DNA from: Bugula neritina
Taxonomy: Eukaryota; Animalia; Bryozoa
Assembly: GCA_964035545.1 (NCBI GenBank)
Contig: OZ037773.1
Coordinates: forward strand, 5,981,751 to 6,045,750
Length of the DNA stretch: 64,000 bases
Reading direction: 5' to 3'
In this document: positions 11,481 to 23,092 of the stretch, piece after piece
How positions within the stretch are numbered: the stretch's first letter is position 1
Layout of the letters: every line of letters begins with the position of its first letter
Made by a program: the position numbers and the translations under genes
The notes under the pieces: model-generated
Seen by the model: only the letters and a program-made list of their open reading frames with translations
Told to the model about the DNA's origin: nothing
Database searches by the model: none

Positions 11481-14400
11481 TTACCCACAAGTACCACTTG
11501 TGAGTTTGTAGAACATGTCTTCATTTAGAGCTTGATTTTTATCCTGTGACCGCATGGATAAATATATGTAGCCACCTGAAAAATTCAAAAATGTTTTTGA
11601 GAAAATATGATGCATTATAATTATATTATAATGATTAGAATTTATATCGTAACTATATTACGATATTTACCTGAAACTATACCAATGAATAAACAAAACA
11701 ACTAAAACAACATAAGATAATATTATTTGGGCACTGGGCACATATAAAAAGCCAACGTCAAACTTTTTCCCGTGTAATATGCATGAAGATAGGATATTGT
11801 GTGATAACATCACAAAATAACAAAACTTCAAACACAAAGATGTGAGAAATATTGAAAATATTTACTGCCAAACAGCATAAATGGAACTATTAATTTGCAG
11901 AATTAACTATAAAAGCTAAGAACACAGGTTTAGGAAACAAAACTGAAGAAATTCAAAGCAAGCAGCTGATTAGGTTACAGGTAATCTGTAGAACTGAGGC
12001 AACAGTGAACACAACTCCTGTCTGCCCCGGAACCAATCAGCATCAAGATGAGCACGCCTAGACATGCAGGGAGATCGCACAGAGCAAGTCTTACCTAGGA
12101 ACTCGTGAAACACTTTGCAGTCGGCGGAAAGGGGTTTGATGGCCAGTTTCTCCTCTTCAAAATCAACAATGACCTCTCTGTTCTCCCAGTGGACAGACCA
12201 AGAGCTCATTGTAGAAAATCTGTAAGTTTTTGTCACCTCTGACGTCTTGGGATTGAGCCGAATGAGTCGGTTGTAGCCGATGCCAACTATTTCCTGTTAG
12301 GAGTAGAAATATGAGTTTGAAGGTGTTTGTGAGCTAGCAGCTGAGTAATGCATCGTGTATTCATAACGATTGTTTAGCCTTACGGATGTTCACCATTCAT
12401 AATTCTCAACAAGCAATCATATGAATGGTGAATAATAATACATTTCATATATAAACTGATTGAACCAAGAATGGACCAATTGTAAACTAGCAGGGCATGA
12501 AAAAGCTTTTCAAAATGTTGCTTGTTGAAATTAAAAAACAGTTTAACGAATTCCAAAGCACAAACTTATGAAAAACCATGAAATTTGCAGATGGTATGTA
12601 CACGTGGACGTGTGTACACGCAGTTGTATATACATGCAAACGTGTATACATGCAGACGCACCTCTTTTTTGCTGTTGCGGAACTTAACTAAGAAGTAGGT
12701 CAGCCCGTACTCCGGAAGGGCCTGCCATGCTTTGATGTAGTTGAGTTTAGCTTCAGATAAGGACATGGCGCAGACGTTGCTGTGTGCTTCTAGAATCTTC
12801 TGAGCCAACTGTTGAAAGACACAGATTATACATAATAGGTAATTATTATAGGTAGTATGGTATTGCAGGTGGTAGGATATTATAGACTCTGTAAACCTTA
12901 TATTATAGGTAATGTTATATTATAGGTGATGTTATACTATAGGTAATGTTATACTATAGGTAATGTTATATTGTAGATAATGTTATATTGTAGGTAATGT
13001 TATATTGTAGGTAATGTTATATTGTAGGTAATGTTATATTGTAGGTAATGTGGTATGATAAATTATGTAAATAACAAATCATAAGACTCCACTCATGCAA
13101 TACAAGAAATCACATCTATACATAACTTAAGATTAGCAGCAGTAATTAGCATTTTAAAATGAACAAATTGAGAATAAACACAATGACGTTAAAATGCTGA
13201 CCTTTGTTTTGTTTTTCTTGAGGAATCTGGGCGCCATGTAATTGCTAGGTTCGATACTGTCTTCTGACACCGCTATAGGGGTGCTGATGTGGGTGGGAGT
13301 GCTGCTCGGCTTCTGTAAACTGAGGAACTGTTCAATGTTCTTCACTTCCGCATTGTAAGACGAGTCGGCCATTGTGTGACCTTTGCTGCCAAGTCGGCAC
13401 GCTGCCATCCACCTGGCGTACTGATCCTCCTATTGGTCAACATTGTACACATCACAAACAGCAGCCTGTATTTACTGAGTATTTACTGGAATTCACTCTA
13501 AGGACCTGCTATACAGCAACACATGGAGGTCTATTCAAACAGCGTATCTCTCGGGAAACTTTTATCTATACACTTACATTTTCACAGCTATCCACGTATT
13601 GGGTTATATATAATACTTACATATTACTGTTCACACACTGAGTTATATAATACATACATATATAATATAATACATATACAATATTATATACTTACATCTT
13701 CACAGCGCAACCATTCCTCAGCTATGCCTTCTGCACCAGGTATAAAAAGTTTAATAATAAATTTTCGACCACTTAGATTTACGTCTGGCTGAATCTCACA
13801 GTCTATAAATAAAATATAATCACACGATTAGACAACTCCAGGTAAATCCAATTAGACCACAAAAAGTAACTGATGAATGAAATAAAGATATTCTCAAACT
13901 ATATACAATATTTGAGTTATAGCCAACATTTATCAACTCAATAATAATACGAGTGGATAACTTCAAAAAAGCTAACTTTTTTGTCTCGCAGTAAAAAAAC
14001 TTGAGATGAGTATTTTAGAAGGGAAAATCTGACTTTCAGAACAAATGGAAAATAGTATAGTAAATATAACAATAGCTGTATTCTATCAAATGATGGTGCA
14101 GTTTTATGCTTAGTGCATAATTAGCAAACTGATATTAATACACTTATATATACTCTCCTTTACTTTGGCTATGATACAACAGCTACTTCAGCACCACACA
14201 TGACTCACCTCTGAGGTTAATATGATGAATAGAATTTTGATTGGTTTCATCAGGACTTTTGTAGAAGTATATGAGTGTATCACGGAGCAGGGCATAGTAA
14301 CGCTTGGCCGACTTCATCGTGTACTTCTTGGGTCTACAGCATATCATATATGAATGAGTACTAACAGTATATTATATCTCAGTACTTTACTTACAGGTAA

Positions 14401-17400
14401 AGTTTCAGTGATTCAGTAGGAACTAATAGCATTAAAAACGAGTAGCCTATAAATAAAGATTTCGAAGCATCTTCTAATGACCTCTACATTATCCTGTTAC
14501 AGGTAATTTGAAAAAAATTCAAATAAAGCACACATAAACCTGTGGCCTCCTTTTCTCTAAACCCAACCAACAAATTTCCAAGTAAATTTTTAAAATTCAA
14601 CAAACGATTTAGAATACAATTCCAACATATAACTTTCATCAACTGCAAATGAACACTACATGCAAAGCACTTACCTGAAATGTTTGATGTACTCTTGGAG
14701 TTCAGGAACCTGGGTTATGTCTCCTGTATTGTGGTGGGAGGAGCCTTCCAGCGACACCTGGAGGTCATTCAGTGCAGCGTCAATATCATCGTGGTCGTTG
14801 TCTGCCGGTTTCGCTGCCGAGTCTATAGAGTCTAAGACAGCACTCTGCGCCTGCTGCTCCACTTGTAACTAGACAATGGATGTGAAGGTATAGTAGCACC
14901 ACTACTACCAGGTAACACCAAGGTATGGAAATATGTATAGTAACACATAAATGTGTTAGTATGTGTATTAAAATATATATTGTAGAAATAATTTGGAAAT
15001 TAAACAAAATTATTATTTGGAACTTGATCTATTTCATGACCACATTTGTGAGAAGATAACTTCAATTTGTCAACTAATATTAAATGGCAAAAACCGGTTG
15101 AAAGGAAGAAAATTGACATCAACAACAGTCATTAAAAAATAATCCAATAAAAAATAAAAAAATCAATAAGAAATAATATATATATGACAAGAGAAGATAA
15201 CTACGGCTCTTGACGGTGCTGTATTGGCGATGTACGAACAATTAAGTACCTGCAATGCTGCAAACATAATCATTTCTTCGTCTGTACAGTCCAGTTCTTC
15301 AGCTATTAGACTCCACTTTGCCTGCTCGTATATCTGGTTGATCCTGACTGGGTCGTACTTGGGGTTGAGGTCGTAAAAACTAGAGAGAAGACAATTACTA
15401 AATATTTTCATACAGACCAACAGTGATTGTGAAAATGTAACTTTGAAGTAGTAGTACTTGTGAGTGATAGATTTATTCACTCTATAATAGTGTTATTATA
15501 ACGTTATAACTATCATGCATGTAGTGCACTGAAAAATGCAAAAATTCAAGCCAAAAATCTAGCCTAAACTCTAGTAATTTTAGTTTTGCTAACAAAAATT
15601 CTATCTAAGTGTATCTCAGAATAAACAGTAAATTTAAAATAAAAACATTTTTAGAAAATAATATCTTTAAAATTGAACAACTTACACCAGTTTAAATATA
15701 TGACAAATTTTACCAGCTGTTACTGCAAGCATGTTGTCATACAAAACCGCATTGCATCGCATAAGATAATACATTGAGCCTAAGTTTAAATCTTACATAA
15801 ATTCCATGTACATGTAGCAATGAAATGCATGAGATGAAAAGAGGAATTACATTAACTGATCAGAAGTAGAGGACATCAAAACTCTAAGAATAAAATCGAT
15901 ATGCAATATACACCGATTGACAGCAGAAGGGGTTTCAGCGTAAACAGATACAGCGATACAGCGGTAATATGATAAGAAGATGATATCTGCGGCATGAAGC
16001 ATATCTCCAAGGTATATCTGCAGATAAACTAACTGAATATTCCGGTTGCACTTACAAGTAGTATTTAAACTTTAGATGGAGGAGGTCAGATTCTAGAACT
16101 CCCTGTTCCATCAGCGACTTGTTTGAATCCAACCAGCTGAAACACACAGGCAAAACTTTGGAATATAATAATTAATATTATGATGTTCTCAGTTCTTACT
16201 ACAGCAGCCAAACCACAAGCTCTCCATTCCTTTATATCAAATGCAATATCACTGAAATTTATATCTTTTAATTTAATAAAAAAATATATAAGCACAATCA
16301 AATTAGTTCTCATTGAATAGCACCATACTTTGGCACTATTTGTCATCATATTTACTTTCCCTATGAACAATGAATGAGAATACAACTCCCATCTTCACTA
16401 AAACACTGGCATATTCACACCTGTAACTGGACTCTAACTTAGACGTGTACATGTCAATACATTAAATTTAAAAAGAGTGAAGGAAATATGCAGAGCTAGA
16501 AGAACTTAGTGTCCACCACTTAACAGCTAACGTGTCACTATTGAATTACACTCTTCAGCTGCTAGAAAAGGGGCACTTGAAGGCCATAAATTTCTGAATT
16601 AAATATTTACTGACACTTGGTTTAAATTTATGACATTTTTGACGTTCAAATTCAACATAGTCATCATAAGACAGCGGCAACTGAGTTTCAGTATGTGATG
16701 CTAAAGTAAAGCAGTTGTGAAGCCATGAATAAATATAAACTTTGTAATTTCAACAAGAAATAGCCTGTGTTACACTCCGTTTTTCTGTATTGCAGCGAAT
16801 AGCATATTTAGTGAGCCAAGGCTATGCTCTGACTTTTAGTTCAACATTACCAATTTCTAATGAGAAACTTCTAAAATCACCAACTGATAGCCTAAGTGTA
16901 GATTTCATAGAAATTTACCCTCAGATTCCTAACTGGGCAACTCATTTGGAACTAAAAGAAAACAGGCTATCAAAATTCACACAAACTTTGCTACTAGCAA
17001 GCTGTTTGGCAGAATAAACAGAGATGAATTCCATTGCTATGCACGTACAGTCATCATGTTCGTTAATGAGTAGCCATGACTCATCAACAGCAAACAAGGA
17101 GTAAATGTTACGCATGACTAATCTAAATATCAAACGTGCTGACTCACCCGCCATTTACTGCTGCCTTTTCCTGTAAAGTCTTTAGTTTCCGGAGGTAGAG
17201 AAACGCCTCCTTGCTGGGTGTTCTCGGACTGTGGATGAGCTGGTTATACAGGTTCTCATCAAAAGACAAGGAGCGTGTGATAGAGAGTGGAGACATGCCA
17301 TTCACCCAGGATCCCGGTGTACCCGGAGTGATGGGTGTGGGGGGAGCTCTACCCACCGTACCCTACCACAAATATAGGAACTTGTAAACCATTAGTGAGG

Positions 17401-20400
17401 CTAGAAATACAATTTTGCTGGCCCCTAATACTTGAAAATATATACATTAAGGAAAAACATGTTATATGGCCCTAAACACCTTTAGCTGTACACTTATAGC
17501 AACATATTTACACTATACAGTATGATGTACACTTACAGTACCATATTTACACTATACAGTATGATGTACACTTACAGTAACATATTTACAGTATACAGTA
17601 TGATGTACACTTACAGTAACATATTTACACTATACAGTATGATGTACACTTACAGTAACATATTTACAGTATACAGTATGATGTACACTTACAGTAACAT
17701 ATTTACACTATACAGTATGATGTACACTTACAGTAACATATTTACAGTATACAGGATGATGTACACTTACAGTAGTATATTTACAGTATTCTGTTTGATG
17801 TAGCCATTTAGCTGTATATTTACAGATATTTGCAGTAACATATTTACAGTATACAGTACTAATGAAAACATATGCCACTATCTATCAACATGTGTGATAG
17901 CAGAAATATTCTAAATGCTTGGGGAATTACAAACACATTTATATTTAGTCTAATGTCACTAAAAACACTTACAGCTATAACTAAGTGAAATGTGTAGCAG
18001 AGTGAATGATGAGCAGATGGCATGAATCAAAACAATGTCAGATGATATACATCTCCACTGTCACAGCAAGTCTAGCAGAAAAAGGCGAGAAAGTGAATGC
18101 TTGGTGAAATCAATTAATGAAACAACTCACTGAATAAAATGGTGTGACAGAGTGGTGATGTGACAGAGTGGAGATGTGACAGAGTGGTGATGTGACAGAG
18201 TGGAGATGTGACAGAGTGGTGATGTGACAGAGTGGTAATGTGGGACATTAAAATACCCTTAGTCTAGTGCCACCAGTAGCATAGCAATACAATACAGTAA
18301 TACAGTAATACAATACAGTAATACAATACAGTAATACAATACAGTAATACAATACAGTAATACAATACAGTAATACAATACAGTAATACAATACAGTAAT
18401 ACAATACAGTAATACAATAATATAATACAACAATAAAATACAGTAACATAACACAATTATACAATAAAATAATACAACACAGTGATATTATAATAATACA
18501 GTAATAGAGTGCTGCAGGTTACAGTTACACAAATTTTCAAGACATGAAAAGTATTACATATATACAAGTTGTCTTCTCCTGGTCACATGAGCTGACCAGA
18601 ATACACCAATAGTACACTAAAGTCATAAATTGAATAAAATTAAAACATGGAGGAAGAAAGTGCAATACATACAGCGGGTTGAAGTTGAAATGACCTCCCG
18701 TGCACTGGTGTACCACTAGCTGGAGTTATATTCCCTTTATTGAGACTACCATTGCTAGACGATGAAGTTCTTGAGTTCCTGTTGATAGTGTTGAGGGTGG
18801 TGGTGGGCGTGGACCCCTTTTTATCTTTATCTTTAGTTGCTGGTATTGGTTTAAGTAAGGACAGTTCCTCCGGATGTCTTACGCCTACAATGTGGTGAAG
18901 ATATGATAGTAGAAGGTATAGTAGTGAGGATATGATAGTAGAAGGTATAGTAGTGAGGATGTGATAGTAGTACAGTATAGTAACACGCTGAGCTTTTCTT
19001 ATCTTATAGCACAACTACTACACCTTTTACCACACCCTTCACTACACCCTATACTATACCATATACTACACCATATACTACACCCTATACTATACCATAT
19101 ACTATACCATATACTATACCCTATACTACACCATATACTATACTATATACTACACCCTATACTATACCATATACTACACCCTATACTATACTATATACTA
19201 CACCATATACTACACCATATACTATACCATATACTACACCCTATACTATACCATATACTACACCCTATATTACACCATATACTATACTATACCATATACT
19301 ATACTATACCATATACTACACCATATACTATACCCTATACAGCCGCATACATCTACCATAGTACAACCTACAGTCGACTAAATTACTATTTCTAAATCAG
19401 CAAACTGACAGCAACACACAATGCTGCCAGCTCCTAAAAGACATCACTGACTGCTACATGCTGCCTATTAATACTCCCAAAGTATTTGGTAAAATTATGA
19501 TAAAAAAGTTGTCCATCCATCGAATATTCAGCTCCTACCACATCATGCACACAACCAGCCTTTAAAATCCTAAACCATGCCTTTAAATCATTTATTAATG
19601 TAACTTGAAGCAGCACAAATTTGGGGGTGACTGAGTGCAGTGGTTGGAAGGAGGTCTCCGGTTTTGGGGTGTAGACAATCATATGTATACAAATGCCGCA
19701 CTCAGCAACTCCAAACTTTGTGCTGCATCTAGTTATCCTCATAACATAAGGTCATATAGAGGTGATAGGAATATTGTAAAAGTTTCGAATATCACCATAA
19801 CATACACAGACACTGTCTTGTGTGATTGGACTTTGGTCACCCCAAAGGCTTATTAGAACACTCATAGGTATTGAATTTCTGTCAAATTAAAAAATCATGT
19901 CCGTTACATAAGAGTATACCTAAAAATACAGAAATATTCACCTGAGACTAATCAACTGCAGTGTTATCGTAATAACTGACATTTATATGAGCCCCTCAAG
20001 TATAAACCTTACGTAACACTAGCTATGTTGAAGTCTGTAGTGAGTGATACAGGGAGATGAATTCCAATTACAACCATTAATGGCAATGGTGATGTACTAC
20101 TTTTAATTTCAACCTAACTTTTCAAATACATACAGCTATAAAAAATTTATGTAAATATATAAATGGTGAGATTATAAACTGACAGATTTATGTCCTAACA
20201 GCTAATTACAGAACTTGCTATGTGTAACTCTAACTGTCGATGAAGTCAAAATAATGATAACAGGTAACACTAGTAGCCTCTCTGTTGACTATAAATAGTA
20301 TATTAGACTATAAATAGTAACACAAGGCTATAAATAGTAATACAAACTCTGATCGTAGCTGTACTCACCCATTTCTTTGCTCAACTGGATGACTGCATTG

Positions 20401-22284
20401 AACACGTTTACACTGAAGTCTATTTTTATATCGATAAGCTGCAAATCTGGTAGTTGGATCTTCATTGTCTTGTGCATGGGAGTAAACTGTAGCTTGGCGT
20501 CAGCGTGGACGCCATATTGGTTGAGAGTCAGCCTGGACTTGGTGAGCCACATGCTCTTCTCTGGCCACCAGAGGGCGTGGTCAGACCAATCTGCTGGAAC
20601 AGCTGCAGGAGTAAAACAGAAAAGAGTACTAAGGATATATACTATACAGTACACTGCTATATCATACATTACAGCCGTTACTATTTATCTGAATGAAGAC
20701 TGCATACAACACACAGAGTATAATTTAATAATTCCTAATGCAGGGCCATTACTCTGCCATTCCACACACCATTAACCAATAGTTACCATATTAAGGACAT
20801 GAGTCACAAGAGTGGAATGTAAAGTGACCACCAGATCCCTGAAGTGACCACGCGACCTAGGTACAAACTGACCACAACATTGCCCTCAACACCACAAGTG
20901 TTATAAGGTTATGTACACAAACTGTAGAGAACACGAATCCAAATGGCTTTCAAGTGCCCCACCCTTGTTTAGAAACTAGATTGGAGTTTCCGAATACATG
21001 GAGTGACACCCCAGAACATGGGAAAAGAGATTATTATGTGTATATGATGTCACCAGGAAGGATATGGCTGCAGTAAGAAACATGATGAGAATTAAGTAAC
21101 AGTAGCTCTAGCAAACAAAACAACTACTTTGCATCACAGCATAAATTACATAACATTTACAAATAACATGAATAATGACTGCCACAGACTGACTGCTACC
21201 TATCTCAGTCCCAATATCCTCACAATTTTCTCAAACAAATCTGAGTGCAGTAGTTTAGGGGACCTCGAGTTTGGAGTTGGGGAGATAACCCCAAACCACC
21301 CTAAACTACTGCACTCATTCACCACCAACTTAGAGCTGCTTATAGAACAATCGGTTGACATATGCACCTCTGTATTATACACAGCACACAGTTACTACTA
21401 GTATAACTTTATGTAGAATCAGTCACTTCTACAGAAATATTCATGTTATGCTGATTGAGTAATAAAAAAACACTAGAAACCAAAAATCATAATGATTGAC
21501 TCATCAAGAAATCAATTATGCTGTAGCACCTTGATTGCCAGAGAATAAAATAGCCTGAGGCCAATCTATAGTGTAGAACTCAGGCTGCCTTACTACTGAG
21601 TACTTAGCACTACCAACTACCAAGTACTCAATACTACCTAGTACTAAGTGCTACTTAGTACTATATAGTACCTACTAGTACTTCGTACTACCTAGTACTA
21701 TATAGTACTAGGTAGTACCCAGTACTACCTAGTACTAAGTACTACCTAGTACTTAGTACTGAGTACTACCTAGTACTATATAGTACCTAGTACGATATAG
21801 TACCTAGTACTATATAGTACCTAGTACTATATAGTACCTAATATTTAGTGCCATTTTCAACCCCCAATTTTATAATTTTCTTGTAAGTAATCGAGATCAA
21901 AAATCCTTTTACCAAGCTTACAAGTTTGGTGCCGAAAAATAGGTTGCTTGTTTGCTACATTTGAATGAAAATTACTAGCATTTAATTAAACGGAACAAAT
22001 CTAACTTGCTAGCCTTATTGGAATACAAAGACAATCCTCTAATTTATTGATTATTTGTTATTGACCAGTGCATTTCACCATTCAATAGACACACACAAAT
22101 TATCCACATGTAAACAACTGAAGTTATCCCCCCTAGTAATGTACAAAAGCTCACCTAGTGATTCTACAAGTTTGAACATAACTCCGCCAATGTGAAGGTC
22201 ACCACTGACTCTGAGTGTCTTATCAACCGAGAGATCAGTGATGTGTATAGACACCAGCCAAGTCCTTTCTTGATTAGAATCCAT
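11481..22284 (-). CDS. FERMT: Kindlin / fermitin (UNC-112/FERMT family), 698 aa. Coding exons 22284-22155, 20602-20369, 18884-18673, 17362-17148, 16136-16056, 15379-15250, 14868-14675, 14333-14209, 13802-13696, 13429-13202, 12808-12662, 12293-12095, 11575-11481.
   Basis: Family motifs [32 protein letters not shown], WLDSxKSLMEQG, [47 protein letters not shown] and MFYKLTSG. All 12 introns are GT-AG and phase-consistent; total 2097 nt. Confidence 0.97.
12836..13050. repeat. 17-bp minisatellite (taggtaatgttatattg) in a kindlin intron
   Basis: Direct inspection; about 10 degenerate units. Confidence 0.85.
17487..17835. repeat. 39-bp minisatellite, about 7-8 copies, in kindlin intron
   Basis: Unit tatgatgtacacttacagtaacatatttacactatacag. 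It explains the spurious [13 protein letters not shown]. Confidence 0.95.
18143..18470. repeat. Adjacent 16-bp (gtgacagagtggtgat, 6 copies) and 13-bp (aatacagtaatac, about 10 copies) minisatellites
   Basis: Direct inspection of 18143-18241 and 18286-18470. Confidence 0.9.
18898..19340. repeat. 29-bp duplication (18898-18975) and 13-bp minisatellite (ccatatactacac, 19020-19340) upstream of kindlin coding exon 3
   Basis: Direct inspection. It explains the [12 protein letters not shown]. Confidence 0.9.
19610..19726. repeat. Short foldback element, copy 2
   Basis: Arms gcagcacaaatttgggggtgactgagtgc / gcactcagcaactccaaactttgtgctgc, followed by atctagt. Confidence 0.7.
21242..21317. repeat. Short foldback element, copy 3
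   Basis: Perfect 19-bp arms tgagtgcagtagtttaggg / ccctaaactactgcactca, followed by ttcaccaccaac, similar to the end of copy 1. Confidence 0.75.
21590..21842. repeat. AGTACT/CTAG-rich low-complexity, self-complementary tandem repeat
   Basis: Repeated tagtacctagtactata and agtactacct units. Confidence 0.8.
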
Positions 22285-23010
22285 GATGAATAGTATGGAC
22301 AGGTGCTTCTCAGTAGAGCATGAACACCCAGTGGCAGACTATAGAGGGGAAAGTGACAAGTGACAGCAGTAATGAGTGTGTTTAGTAGTCAAGGTGCTTG
22401 CAAGTGTTCATCCAAGGAATGCAGTAGTCACATAGCTATGGGACGCTGTTGTCATACACTCTAGTGTTGCCAGGAAATACGGCCTTCCTTAATCTTACAG
22501 CTTCTAGTATCTCTTCTTTATGTAATAATCTACAAAATGATGTAAACTCGGAGTTTAAACAAAGAACAAAGTATAAAATTGATTACTAATCACATGGGAG
22601 ACGTTAATCATAATACTGTAAAGAAAGCAAATGGCACACTGCCGATCTAGATGAAAGATAGCTCTGTTTGCAAAACAAAACAAATATTACAGTATTACTA
22701 GTTTTTGTTCAAAAACAAAAAAGAAATTGACTCATAGTGATAGAAAAACTGACACTAGATAGCTGTTTAGTACTAGTCAATCTTCACTGACCTAAAATAA
22801 AATGTGCGATCATGCAGAAGCCAAGCATGCAATATAAAGTAACATCCCCCACATATTATACAACATTACTAATTATATACAGGTGTAGTTATGATGCAAT
22901 AGATATATACAGCTACTTGACTGCTAGCTATTCATTTGAGCAGCTGCTAGAAAATCTAGGAAGCTTCAAGTTGCTTTATTGCTTCCTTGTACAATACCGT
23001 AATTCTTAGC

Positions 23011-23092
23011 TAACTGCAGAAAATACCTAGTAAACTGCAGAAAGCACCTAGTAAACTGCAGAAAGCACCTAGCAAACTGCAGAAAGCCCCAG
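23011..23092. repeat. 21-bp minisatellite, 4 copies (taaactgcagaaagcacctag)
   Basis: Direct inspection. Confidence 0.85.

Noticed and set aside
11478-11486. Donor-like GG|GTAAGA overlapping the kindlin stop codon as an alternative C-terminus
   Set aside because: The nearest plausible acceptor (about 11158) gives GGA TGA, i.e. the same protein end, so there is no evidence for an extended isoform.
18131-18263. Cryptic kindlin exon spanning the 16-bp repeat (AG ... GTGAGT)
   Set aside because: It is 133 nt, so not frame-preserving between phase-0 neighbours, and the acceptor has no pyrimidine tract.
17522-19395. ORFs [10 protein letters not shown]..., YCITVLYY... and HILYHILHP...
   Set aside because: These are translations of intronic minisatellites.
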